Below are positions 1-12,500 of a DNA stretch of 64,000 bases, piece by piece; within the stretch, counting starts at the first letter, position 1; the number at the start of each line of letters is the position of its first letter. The notes below the pieces were generated by a model, which was given only the letters and a program-made list of their open reading frames with translations, was not told where the DNA came from and searched no databases. Both the position numbers and the translations under genes were made by a program. Source of the DNA: Nemertoderma westbladi (Eukaryota; Animalia; Xenacoelomorpha); the NCBI GenBank assembly GCA_032718475.1, contig JAUCBJ010001783.1, forward strand, positions 1 through 64,000. The letters are read 5' to 3'.

Positions 1-353
1 CCTTGTTTGTTCGCCGATTGGCGAGGGTTACCAGTTGGAGCAGTAACGCCCCCGTTGTTGGTCTGCTGGCCAGCAACAGCAACTGGCTGTCGGTTCCCTC
101 TCCCCGACCCCTCTACGCCAGTTGTTGCTGAGGCTGCCCTCGACCTAGTGTTATAATCTGCAATTCTAGAACGAGCGCAGACCCCTTTGCTCCAGACTTT
201 GATTTCTCTTAACATTATTGCTCACATTTCTGAGGCTTGTATCTCTGCCACGCTTTTTCCCTTTACTCTCTAGTTGCCTGATAACAGGAGCTAATGGGTC
301 CACACTTGTTGACTCCACTGTACTTTCACCCGGCCTACTACAGCCGTATACTT

Positions 354-486
354 GAAAAAACAATGGTGTAAGGACTTTCAGCCACAAAAAGGTGTTATAG
401 TGTATTGCAGACGTTTTTTATTAAAACGTCTGCAATACACTATAACACCTTTTTGTGGCTGAAAGTCCTTACACCATTGTTTTTTC
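354..486. repeat. Perfect 64-bp-arm palindrome inside a ~180-bp insertion (356-536)
   Basis: 354-417 is the reverse complement of 423-486, with loop TTATT. The insert is absent from copy B and is flanked by a direct tacttga (349-355, 530-536). Confidence 0.9.
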
Positions 487-876
487 TATTATTCTCGCCA
501 CATTCAATTAATCATGTATTTTAAGCCTCTACTTGAGTTAATACCAGTAGTTACCATGGTTACATCACTAATAACATTACAGGGAGCCGATTGCGTCATG
601 CCTACAGTACCAGTACCGGAGGCAGTACTGCTGGTACCGGTAGCAGGAATTAAACTATCACTATTATGCATGCTGCTGAATGTATGTGTTGTTGCCTCAA
701 CGTGCCTAGACAGGTGAGCTGCGCCAGAAGCATAGCTTGTGACATTCTCGGTGTTACCATTATTAGCTATCGGTACTGTCATACTGTGGGCATGGGTACT
801 TGTACAGACCGGTAAAATGACTGATTAGTAGAATTATATAAATTATCATTACTGGTACTACCATTATTACCAAAAT

Positions 877-1293
877 GGGGGAAGTCACAATAGCGTACCG
901 ATGGACATTTTTTTTTCAAAAGTGGCCAAAACACCGTTGGTTTTCAGAAACACTGAAACACTCAATTGAGGGAAAGGAGCAGGTTACAGAGGCAGGCCTT
1001 TCTAACCAAAACAATAAACGGCCGCCTCACCAATTGAAGGAAAGGAGCAGGTTACAGAGGCAGGCTTTTATAACCAAAACAATGATTGATCACTTTACCA
1101 ATTGATGGAAACCATATGGTCAGACAGTCAGTAGTCACATGGTCAGACACACACAGTCAGTACAGGTACCCCCTAGTAACTCTATAACCCAAAAAATACC
1201 GATACTGATTGTAGTAAGAAGTCAGTACCAAAGCAATCATGTAGGCCTATATGGCAGTATGATGCATCGGTACGCAAAAAGTGATAGAACCCC
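877..1293. mobile_element. MITE with GGGG...CCCC termini and AAAAT target-site duplication
   Basis: Imperfect TIR gggg..tcac..gcgtaccgatg / catcggtacgc..gtga..cccc, with aaaat at 872-876 and 1294-1298. The empty site ccaaaatgtaag is in copy B (~8467-8478). Confidence 0.85.
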
Positions 1294-2435
1294 AAAATAT
1301 AAGTAATATGTATCAGTACCAGAGCCATTGCTCGCACTGACCATAGCATTGTTGGTTGTATCGGGTTCCTTGCGGGCAACATCAACCGGTACGGCGGCAG
1401 CAGAGTTTACAGCCTGAGAGAACGTGCTGTCCGAAAAAAACATTGCTGTTGTTCCCCACCAGATGGCTTTGATACGGATTCCGGCGACTAGGGGCGTAAC
1501 TTCCACCACCATTCATCAACTTCTCCAGCAATACTGTATGTTAGTGTCAGCTGCTATATCCCATCCCGTAAATCGGCGACCATTTACAGTTAGAATGCTT
1601 CCTTGGACATTAGAAAGATACCCCTGATTGTGTGCCTCACGCGATAATCTATAGAGAACTTGACGTTGGTCTCGGATTTCTTTAGGGAAGTCCGAGGTCA
1701 TGCGGAACTCGGTGCTGATGAGTGCCTTACCTGCCTCCCAAATGATGTTAATATCCTTAAGTCGTAGAAATTCCACCTTTAGTGGGTGTGGACGGTCAGA
1801 ACTGGGTTTACTGAGGTGATAAACGCATTCGATTTCCAATTCTTCATGAGCGGATCACACACCCAGAATCGCTAGAATAAAACTACATACCAAGTTCTCA
1901 GGGTTTTCTCCGCGGTATTCCCAGAGACCTTTGAATATGAGGTTTTTTCTCGTATTTAAAACCTCGGCATTAACCGCTCTATGCAGGAGAGACTCATTAG
2001 CAGCAGTATTCTGCCTAACTAACTTCAAGACTCAATGTACTGAGAGATGACCAAAAGTCCTTAAACCCATCAGCCATGTTAGCGATTTCCGCATTCATTT
2101 TTGGGAGCAGACACAGACACTGCATATTGTTATTCGGCTCCAAGTCGTCCACCCCCATACTTCGCCTGCTGCTGGATACGGGCGATATTTTCTGCGCTCC
2201 CCTTGCGTTCTCCATCTCATGGTTTATTTGCACTGCTTCGGCAGTGATATTGACTACGTCTATGTCAGTCGTATCGAAACCCAACTCGCCCAATGGGGGG
2301 TCCGCATTGCTATTTCCGCGATTTGTCTCCATTGTCTATAAGGTTGATGTTGATGGCCTACTTCTGATTTCAGGATTTTGATTTCCGGTATGCAGTTCTG
2401 CAGTAGTATTAGTATTATTGTAGTTTTATAATGAT

Positions 2436-2558
2436 AGGGGCGATAAAGGACCAGAGGCAATAAGTTCATAAAAACTTAGAACTGGGGAGCGATAAGTTCC
2501 CAACAAAAATGCAATTTATAGGGGCGATAAAGTTCCAGGGGCGATAAGGTCCTGCTTC
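2436..2558. repeat. Cluster of GGGGCGATAA(G/A) short repeats, probable MITE end fragment (paralog 9578-9700)
   Basis: About five copies of ggggcgataa(a)g-like motifs ending in cctgcttc. Confidence 0.5.
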
Positions 2559-3569
2559 GATTCTAACATCCCCTGTCGCTGAGTGAAAAGATAATCATCA
2601 TAGAGAAGTGAGTCCCTAGGTTCGATATACACCCACCAAACAGAACACCAAGACAAAAATATAAGCTAATTTCAGGCAAATTTAAGATTTCAGGCAACTA
2701 TCCTTGCCATTATTCAAATGCGAAATGTTTTCTCTTCTCAATATAAACAAATATCAATCAATCATCGATCAAATATTAAATACCCAAATATCACTATTTA
2801 GGTGATTGTTTTAAAAAGGAAATTCTATGTCAACTACGCCTAAATTGTAGTACTCTTGCATCTGATATGGCTAAGCTATACCTAATGGATTCAACTGAAT
2901 AACCTCTTGTGGCCACTCTTGTGAGGATTCCAAGCACTATCTTATCTTTTGTCCAGCATATCAATTTCCTCGCTCCAAACTATTATTATTTTTGTCCTCA
3001 AATTCAATTCCATTGCTGTATCTTCTCTTTTGCATGGTCATAATGTTCTTCCCTCACTCCAATCGATTCTCGCATCTGAACTAGGTATATTCATTCGTGC
3101 CTCTAAGCGTTTTAGAACATGGGGTTTTGAACATGGGTTGAAATTGTTAAATTTAAATTAGGTCTACAAGTACATTGTTTTCTACTGAGCTACTCACTTA
3201 TTGGATGCTCCCTGGTAACAAAGAGAATCGCTTGGCACTGGTTTTGTCACATGACTGTTCTTCAATTTGCGAATTTGTAAAAGTTTGCTACTGCTTTTGT
3301 ACCGATTTTTTCCTAATTTTGAGGTACTTTTTGATTATGTCTCAATACTGTTTTGATGATAATTTTAATTTATTAATGGTTAATATCATATGGTTATGGT
3401 TAATATGATAGTCTTTTTGTTTCCAGTCATTGAACCCCCTGATTGGTTATGTGTAGAATACTTCAGCTCCAAGTGTCTTGGATTCTGAGATGGGCTGAAG
3501 ACTTCCATATATGAAAGGGCAAGATATGGTTTTTTGCATTAAATCATATCAAGGGGATGTAAATCACCT

Positions 3570-3715
3570 GGATCCACACATTCTCTCAATGTCAATATAT
3601 TAAGGGCAGTGGTAGAGCCTGTGCTGCAATATGGCAGTCCTTGATAGGATCTTACAGCAGAAGACAGCAGATTCATTAATGGTACATAAACCAGAATGCT
3701 GTGCAAGTTCCAGGA
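3570..3715 (+). mobile_element. Highly decayed RTE-clade C-terminal fragment (paralog ~10710-10857)
   Basis: Translates as LRAVVEPVLQYGS...LTAEDSRFINGT*TRML, matching FRAAVVPVLLYGS...LTAEDTKSLDGTFTRML of the RTE at 35157-36400. Confidence 0.7.
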
Positions 3716-4167
3716 CATACAATAGGCCTACAATCCTCAGTTAACAAACAAGGCAGTGTACTTTACAAGCTAGGTAGTGACTGTGAATTTCCAAAATGCA
3801 CCACCACCCTTCTGGTATTAAGAATGAGACTTACCGGCCATTGTTATCATAGAACTGATCAGCAGTAGCATGCGCTTGCTTGTTCTATGGTGACAGCTGT
3901 TACGGCAAGAGGAAACTTCGTTGTCAGCTATTGGTATTACTTAAACAATGGCTCTAAAAGACACTGTGGTCTTGAATAATGCCACATACAAGGCCATCCG
4001 ACACTATCATATATGAATATACTTTCTATCATAAATGTTACCACTTGTCTGTGGAGGGAAGCCACTTATATATATATAGGCAATTATAAAGTAATAATAT
4101 ACTATAATTTATTTACTCCATGTGAAATACATATAGGTCAGATCAGATAGGTAGGTAGGTCTACAAG

Positions 4168-5466
4168 ATGTCAGGAGAAGTGGCACCTATTATATCATGT
4201 AATACAAATAAAATTCCGAATAGCCTTCAAAAGGGATGGAGACTCTACATATTGGTGGGCATGTTGCTGTTAAATCAAATGATTCCAGGATGGTGCCAGA
4301 ATCTATTGGAGTCCTTCTTCCCAATTGTTGTAGAAGAGCGTGGTTGGTCAAAAACTCTCATCGGTGCATTGCTGGCAACATTTTCCACTAGCAGACTTAT
4401 AATATACATTACTTGCCCTCATTCAATCAACAATTGGGGAACTCGCATCTCTTTGGGTATATTTGGTACTATTGGGGCAATTTCGCAATTGGCATTTGGT
4501 TTTGTAGAATATATTCCTAAAAGCAATGGGTTGTTATATATATTGGCTTGTTTTTCACTGCGGCTAATTGAGGCTGTTGGACTCAACATAAGTTTCATGT
4601 ACTCATACAGCCTTTTGATAGAATTGTGGCCACAACAAAGAACCTTATTAACCAGTCTAGCAGTTGTTTGTGGAAGTTTTGGATTTATGGTTGCACCTGT
4701 ATTTGGTTCAACAATTTTTGCTGCATTGGGTTTTGAGTTTCCATTTGTAATATCGGGTTTGATGTTTCTCATTGTCGCCCTATACTGCTGGAAGGAGTCG
4801 CCAGCATATATTCATGACAGATGTGAATCAAACAGACCAAGTTATCTTCGATTTTTGAAGAATCCAGCAATTACACTTATATTTATTTTAAACGCTTGTT
4901 TCAAAATTCTTTCTTCTTTTATCAATGCCAATTATTCGGCCTACATTGACCACAACTACAATGTGAACCAGTACAGAATTGGTGGTATATATATGATATT
5001 TCCGGTGTTTATTACAGCCACTGGTCTAATAATGGCATTAATGATGAATAAATTGAGACCTATCTTACCAACTATATTTGGCGCAATATTACTAACAGTA
5101 TCAATGCAACTAATAGGCCCAACAGAACTACTGGGTTTACCTCATTATCTTGGTATCTCTATTGCTGGATGTGCTCTTCATGGAATCGGGCTTGGTCTGT
5201 ACGAAACCCCTGCTATAGAAATACAAACACAATTGGCCGTGAATATTTGTGGATATCATGATAATGTTGACACCAGATCACTTATCCAACAAATGTATCG
5301 AATTTCTGTGTCAATTGGGGCTATCATAGGTCTTGTTATAGGCGGATTTCTCAATGATTTTTTTGGAATGGAATTAGCTTGCTCGCTCCTCAGTTTGTTT
5401 GGGTTGCCTTTTCTTTTTGCACTGATGGCAGTGTTCGCTTTCAAATGTTGTGTTACTGTTAAGTAA
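4168..5466 (+). CDS. MFS transporter, SLC18B1-like (432 aa, intronless), copy A
   Basis: About 12 hydrophobic segments. Motifs such as AFGFVEYI...LACFSLRLIEAVG, GFMVAPVFGSTIFAALGFEFPF, LIGP and IGAIIGLVIGGFLND resemble the SLC18B1 family. Confidence 0.85.
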   Translation: MSGEVAPIISCNTNKIPNSLQKGWRLYILVGMLLLNQMIPGWCQNLLESFFPIVVEERGWSKTLIGALLATFSTSRLIIYITCPHSINNWGTRISLGIFGTIGAISQLAFGFVEYIPKSNGLLYILACFSLRLIEAVGLNISFMYSYSLLIELWPQQRTLLTSLAVVCGSFGFMVAPVFGSTIFAALGFEFPFVISGLMFLIVALYCWKESPAYIHDRCESNRPSYLRFLKNPAITLIFILNACFKILSSFINANYSAYIDHNYNVNQYRIGGIYMIFPVFITATGLIMALMMNKLRPILPTIFGAILLTVSMQLIGPTELLGLPHYLGISIAGCALHGIGLGLYETPAIEIQTQLAVNICGYHDNVDTRSLIQQMYRISVSIGAIIGLVIGGFLNDFFGMELACSLLSLFGLPFLFALMAVFAFKCCVTVK

Positions 5467-5637
5467 TTGAATTCTTCATTGTGTTGGGGTTGTGCGCCAT
5501 AGGATCCGTTATTTTGTTTAGCTGGTTGTGGTGGTAATATTTTTTTGATTCATTGACTTTATGTTTAGTTATTTAATTTATTTGTAAGGAATTAATTTCG
5601 TACTACAAAATCCCCAGTGCGATGCTATTTCTCAGTA

Positions 5638-6371
5638 GCGGACGGCACCCAGTACGGGCCCCCTGGACTGACAACAAAATTCTGAAGTGCCAAAATGACC
5701 TCTACAAGGCGCATAAGGATTCCCGACTCAAACAGACTACAGCGGCCAAGAATGCAGTTAAGGCTGCATCTAGGTCCCTGAACAGGCAGTACTCTGTTAA
5801 TTTACAGGAACTAATAAACCAACAGGTTGATGCCATCAATGATGCTGACGACAGCAGGCAATCATCCCAGGCATGGAGATCGATCAACTTGCTTGCTGGT
5901 CGAAAAAGCCAACCAACCAACCACCAAGGTTAAGGCTGAATCACCAGCCGATCGCCTCAATGGTTGGAAGGCCCACTTTGAAAAGCTCCTCAATAATGAC
6001 AGGGTATTGCCTGATAACTTTATAGAAGTAAAAGTGTCTGAGTCTGTACTCCCAGATATTACCATTGGTGATATCTCCTTTGCAGAAGTGAAGGCTGCTG
6101 CAAAGAGCATTAAGACCAATCGTGCCAGTGGAGTAGAGGGTGTTCCCCCTGAGGTCTTTAAAATACCTGAGTGTTTAAAGCTCATATATCCCATCATAGT
6201 AGACATGTACCGTACAACAAGAGTCCCACAAGAAATGAAAACAAAGAAGTTGGTGCCAGTTCCCAAGAAGGGCAACCTAACACTCTATGGTTCTTTTCGG
6301 GAAATCTCATTGATCTCGATTGCTGCAAAGCTATTAGCGTCTATGTCAATATGCGAATCTACTCCCATGTC
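5638..6371 (+). mobile_element. RTE-clade LINE internal fragment (linker and start of RT)
   Basis: WKAHFEKLLN...KTNRASGVEGVPPEVFK...PVPKKGNL..Y..FREISLISIAAK, frameshifted. Begins exactly where duplication copy A ends. Confidence 0.85.
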
Positions 6372-9300
6372 CGAAAATTCTGGTGTTCCAGAACATAGAT
6401 TCTTAAAATGTTCTTCGAAGTCATCAAGAGATAATTAAGATTGTTGTGAGTTATTTTTGTTACCGTTTGAATTTTTCAGTAGAGTCCAAAATTTCCTTGT
6501 CTCATTTACCTCCATACTTAACTGTTCCAAATTTTGTGACTGGTCACGTCTGTAATTTGCCCGTGCTCATCTCAGTGTCTTACAATACATACTACGGGTG
6601 TGGGGTACAACGATTTTTGACACCACTGTCCGATCAGAGTTCCACTTATTGAGTGCATTCCTAAATGCCGTTCACTTTGCTAAGCATTCGTCATTAAACC
6701 ACATGCACTCATTATTGTCGTTAGTACTATCTCTACTCTTACATGTGTTATTTGCCCCCACTTACTTCCGAGGTCGTCTAAGAGACTGTTTGCGCTGGCG
6801 TTAAATTCGTCAGAACCAAGTAGATCCACGAACTGACTACTCTTTGTCTGTTTCCATGAGAACCGTGTACTTTATTCATTTGTATGTTTTTGTCATTATT
6901 TCCCTGGGTGGTATTACACTCTCTTATTGTAGCTTTCCAGGCTAATGTTGCGCTTACCATGCAGTGTTTGGTAGGTAGCATACTGTCAACATGAACCTTG
7001 AAAGCTACAATGTTGCATAATAATTTAGTATCAACTAGCATAAGGTCAATATTTGATTTACCCAAGCCTGTTGCTCCTGTTACTGAGTAGTATGTGCATT
7101 GTCCTTGTGTAGCATCTTCACCCACCCGTCCATTCATTATCTTAAGACCAGTCGACCGGCACAATTGCAATAGTCTTCTCCCATATTTGTTAACCACTTT
7201 ATCACAGTTGTTTCTAATTTTCTGCACACCTCCCCATATATCGTCAGAGTCATAAATATAATCTGGAGGTAGTAGATTGTCAAAGAAACTATTTCCAGTG
7301 AAATCGTCGCTGTCGATATAATCTAGCTCCGTCCCCGTCCTGGAGTTCAAGTCACGTACTACAATTATGTCATGTGTTTCGCCATATAGAAGTACACCTT
7401 CCTCGATTTTGTCGAATAAACACATGGAGTCTGCAATTTGTGCCCTTAGGCCATCGGCGCCGATATATAGTGCACAAATGACTATATCTTTGCACAGTCC
7501 CAACTTTTCACCTATAAGTCAAAGCCAAAGCAGGTCTTCGTACTCTGGCCCATTTAATATTTCAATAGCGCTCCCAAGAACATTTTTATAATATACTGTA
7601 CTGTCACCCCCCCCCCCCCCCCCCCCCCCCCAGAAAACCGCTTGGCCCCTGCCTTTTTGTATTTTCTTATTACTTATTTATGTTCGTAACACTGAATATC
7701 TATATCTAGTTTGGATATTGGCCCTAGTTAGAATTCTTTTCACTTTCCACCCCACTGGAATATTTACCATCTAACCCCCTTGTTTGTTGGCCGATTGGTG
7801 GGGGTTACCAGCTGGAGCAGTAACGCCCCCGTTGTTGGTCTGGTGGCCAGCAACAGCAACTGGCTGTCGGTTCCCTCCCCCCGACCCCTCTACGCCAGTT
7901 GTTACTGAGGCTGCCCTCGACCTAGTGTCATAATCTGCAATTATATTAAGGGAGAACAAGCGCAGACCCCTTATTGCTCCAGACTTTGATTGTTCTTAAC
8001 ATTATTGCTCACATTTCTGCGGCTTGTATCTCTGCCACGCTTTTTCGCTTTACTCTCTACTGATAACAGGAGCTAATGGGTCCACACTTGTTGACTCCAC
8101 TGTACTTTCACCCAGCCTACTACCGCCTATACTTGAGTTAATACCAGTAGTTACCATGGTTACATCACTAATAACATTACAGGGAGCTGATTGCGTCATG
8201 CCCACAGTACCAGTACCGGAGGCAGTACTGCTGGTACCGGTAGCAGGAATTAAACTATCACTATTATGCATTCTGCTTACTGTGTTGTGCGTGTTGTTGC
8301 CTCAACGTGCCTAGCCAGGTGAGCTGCGTCAGAAGCATAGCTTGTGACATTCTCGGTGTTACCATTATTAGCTATCTGTTCTGTGGGCATGGGTACTTGT
8401 ACAGACTGGTAAAATGACTGATTAGTAGAATTATATAAATTATCATTACCGGTACTACTATTATTACCAAAATGTAAGTAATCTGTATCAGTACCAGAGC
8501 CATTGCTCGCACTGACCATAGCACTGTTGGTTGTATCCGGTTCCTTGTGGGCAACATCAAACGGTACAGCGGTAGCAGAGTTTACAGCTGAGAGAACGTG
8601 CTGCCTGAAAAAACATTGATGTTGTTCCCCACCAGATGGCTTTGATATGGATTCCGGCGACTAGGGGCGTAACTTTCACCAACATTCATCAACTTCTCCA
8701 GCGATATGTTAAGGTCAGCTGCTATATCCCATCCCGTATATCGGCGACCATTTACAGTTAGTATGCTTCCATGGCCATTAGAAAGATACCCCTGATTGCA
8801 CGCCTCACGTGATAATCTATAGAGAACTTGACATTGGTCTCAGATTTCTTTAGGGAAGTCCAAGGTCATTCGGAACTCGGTGCCAATGAGTGCCTTACCT
8901 GCCTCCCAAATGATGTTTCTATCCTAAGTCGTAGAAACTCCACCTTTAGTGGGCGTCTACGGTCAGAACTGGGTTTACCAAGGCAATACGTGCATTCGAT
9001 TTCCAATTCTTCATGAGCGGATCGCACACCCAGAATCTCTAGAATAAAACTACGTACCAAGTTCTCAGGTTTTCTCCACGCTATTCCTGGAGACCTTTGA
9101 ATATGAGGTTTTTTCGCGTATTTAAAACCTCGGCATTAACTGCTCTACGCAGGAGAGACTCATTAGCAGCAGTATTCTGCCTAACTTCAAGACTCAATGT
9201 ACCGAGAGATGACCGAAAGTCAGATACTGCATATTGTTATTCGGCTCCAAGTCATCCACCCCTATACTTCACCTGCTGCTGGACACATTCGATCTTTTCT

Positions 9301-9540
9301 GCACTCCCCTTGCATTCTCCATCTCATGGTTTATTCGCACTGCTTCGGCAGTGATATTGACTATGTCTATGTCAGTCGTATCGAAACCCAACTAGCAACT
9401 AGCCCGATGGGGGCTCTGCGTTGCTATTTCCGCGATTTGTCTCCGTGGTGCTATTTCCGCGATTTGTCTCCATTGTCTATAAGATTGATGTTGATGGCCT
9501 ACTTCTGATTTCAGGATTTTGATTTCCAGTATGCAGTACT
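6372..9540 (-). mobile_element. Decayed LINE with L1-type ORF1 and APE endonuclease, 3'-truncated (clade uncertain, RTEX/CR1-like)
   Basis: ORF 6778-7503 has APE motifs DLNSRTG, NKYGRRLLQLCRSTGLKIMNGR, CTY, SNIDLML. ORF1 remnants lie at 7770-9420. It breaks off after SLDDFEEHFKNL at ~6372. Confidence 0.85.
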
Positions 9541-12500
9541 GCAGTAGTATTAGTATTATTGTAGTTTTATAAATGACAGGGGCGATAAAGGACCAGGGGC
9601 GATAAGTTCCTAAAAACTCAGAACTGGGGAGCGATAAGTTCCCAACAAAAATGCAATTTATAGGGGCAATAAAGTTCCAGGGGTGATAAGGTCCTGCTTT
9701 GATTCTAACATCCCCTGTCGCTGAGTGAAAAGATAATCATCATAGAGAAGTGAGTCCCTAGGTTCGATATAACACCCACCGAACAGAACACCAAGACAAA
9801 AATATAAGCTAATTTCAGGCAAATTTAAGATTTCAGGCAACTATCCTTGCCATTATTCAAACGCGAAATGTTTCCTCTTCTCAATGTAAACAAATATCAA
9901 TCAATCATTGATCAAATATCAAATACCCAAATATCACTATTTAGGTGATTGTTTTAAAAAGGAAATTCTATGTCAACTACGCCTAAATTGTAGTACTCTT
10001 GCATCTGATATGGCTAAGCTATACCTAATGGATTCAACTGAATAACCTCTTGTGGCCACTCTTGTGAGGATTCCAAGCACTATCTTATCTTTTGTCCAGC
10101 ATATCAATTTCCTCGCTCCAAACTATTATTATTTTTGTCCTCAAATTCAATTCCATTGCTGTATCTTCTCTTTTGCATGGTCATAATGTTCTTCCCTCAC
10201 TCCAATCGATTCTCGCATCTGAACTAGGTATATTCATTCGTGCCTCTAAGCGTTTTAGAACATGGGGTTTTGAACATGGGTTGAAATTGTTAAATTTAAA
10301 TTAGGTCTACAAGTACATTGTTTTCTACTGAGCTACTCACTTATTGGATGCTCCCTGGTAACAAAGAGAATCGCTTGGCACTGGTTTTGTCACATGACTG
10401 TTCTTCAATTTGCGAATTTGTAAAAGTTTGCTACTGCTTTTGTACCGATTTTTTCCTAATTTTGAGGTACTTTTTGATTATGTCTCAATACTATTTTGAT
10501 GATAATTTTAATTTATTAATGGTTAATATCATATGGTTATGGTTAATATGATAGTCTTTTTGTTTCCAGTCATTGAACCCCCTGATTGGTTATGTGTAGA
10601 ATACTTCAGCTCCAAGTGTCTTGGATTCTGAGATGGGCTGAAGACTTCCATATATGAAAGGGCAAGATATGGTTTTTTGCATTAAATCATATCAAGGGGA
10701 TGTAAATCACCTGGATCCACACATTCTCTCAATGTCAATATATTAAGGGCAGTGGTAGAGCCTGTGCTGCAATATGGCAGTCCTTGATAGGATCTTACAG
10801 CAGAAGACAGCAGATTCATTAATGGTACATAAACCAGAATGCTGTGCAAGTTCCAGGACATACAATAGGCCTAGAATCCTCAGTTAACAAACAAGGCAGT
10901 GTACTTTACAAGCTAGGTAGTGACTGTGAATTTCCAAAATGCACCACCACCCTTCTGGTATTAAGAGTGAGACTTACCGGCCATTGTTATCATAGAACTG
11001 ATCAGCAGTAGCATGCGCTTGCTTGTTCTATGGTGACAGCTGTTACGGCAAGAGGAAACTTCGTTGTCAGCTATTGGTATTACTTAAACAATGGCTCTAA
11101 AAGACACTGTGGTCTTGATAATGCCACATACAAGGCCATCCGACACTATCATATATGAATATACTTTCTATCATAAATGTTACCACTTGTCTGTGAAGGG
11201 AAGCCACTTTATAATTCAATTATAAAGTAATAATATACTATAATTTATTTACTCCATGTGAAATACATATAGGTCAGATCAGATAGGTAGGTAGGTCTAC
11301 AAGATGTCAGGAGAAGTGGCACCTATTATATCATGTAATACAAATAAAATTCCGAATAGCCTTCAAAAGGGATGGAGACTCTACATATTGGTGGGCATGT
11401 TGCTGTTAAATCAAATGATTCCAGGATGGTGCCAGAATCTATTGGAGTCCTTCGTCCCAATTGTTGTAGAAGAGCGTGGTTGGTCAAAAACTCTCATTGG
11501 TGCATTGCTGGCAACATTTTCCACAAGCAGACTTATAATATACATTACTTGCCCTCATTCAATCAACAATTGGGGAACTCGCATCTCTTTGGGTATATTT
11601 GGTACTATTGGGGCAATTTCGCAATTGGCATTTGGTTTTGTAGAATATATTCCTAAAAGCAATGGGTTGTTATATATATTGGCTTGTTTTTCACTGCGGC
11701 TAATTGAGGCTGTTGGACTCAACATAAGTTTCATGTACTCTTACAGCCTTTTGATAGAATTGTGGCCACAACAAAGAACCTTATTAACCAGTCTAGCAGT
11801 TGTTTGTGGAAGTTTTGGATTTATGGTTGCACCTGTATTTGGTTCAACAATTTTTGCTGCATTGGGTTTTGAGTTTCCATTTGTAATATCGGGTTTGATG
11901 TTTCTCATTGTCGCCCTATACTGCTGGAAGGAGTCGCCAGCATATATTCATGACAGATGTGAATCAAACAGACCAAGTTATCTTGGATTTTTGAAGAATC
12001 CAGCAATTACACTTATATTTATTTTAAACGCTTGTTTCACAATTCTTTCTTCTTTTATCAATGCCAATTATTCAGCCTACATTCACCACAACTACAATGT
12101 GAACCAGTACAGAATTGGTGGTATATATATGATATTTCCGGTGTTTATTACAGCCACTGGTCTAATAATGGCATTAATGATGAATAAATTGAGACCTATC
12201 TTACCAACTATATTTGGCGCAATATTACTAACAGTATCAATGCAACTAATAGGCCCAACAGAACTACTGGGTTTACCTCATTATCTTGGTATCTCTATTG
12301 CTGGATGTGCTCTTCATGGAATCGGGCTTGGTCTGTACGAAACCCCTGCTATAGAAATACAAACACAATTGGCCGTGAATATTTGTGGATATCATGATAA
12401 TGTTGACACCAGATCACTTATCCAACAAATGTATCGAATTTCTGTGTCAATTGGGGCTATCATAGGTCTTGTTATAGGCGGATTTCTCAATGATTTTTTT

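Larger units (their letters stand above)
1..2400 (-). mobile_element. Decayed non-LTR retrotransposon 5' region/ORF1, copy A
   Basis: ORF 1516-1839 (EIECVYHLSKPSSDRPHPLKVEFLR...FRMTSDFPKEIRDQR...LTVNGRRF) resembles the L1-type ORF1 RRM/CTD. It is frameshifted, and its paralog at 7770-9540 continues into an endonuclease. Confidence 0.75.
1..5637 (+). repeat. Tandem segmental duplication, copy A (runs off window start)
   Basis: Position 1 (ccttgtttgttcgccgattgg) aligns to ~7778. Shared sequence ends at ...gatgctatttctcagta (5637 vs 12773, offset 7136 over the gene part). Confidence 0.95.

Noticed and set aside
2560-3410. Short ORFs conserved in both duplicate copies (2949-3161, 3175-3408)
   Set aside because: Conservation reflects the recent duplication. 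The minus strand looks like decayed LINE endonuclease (GGCYIEP), but too weakly to call.
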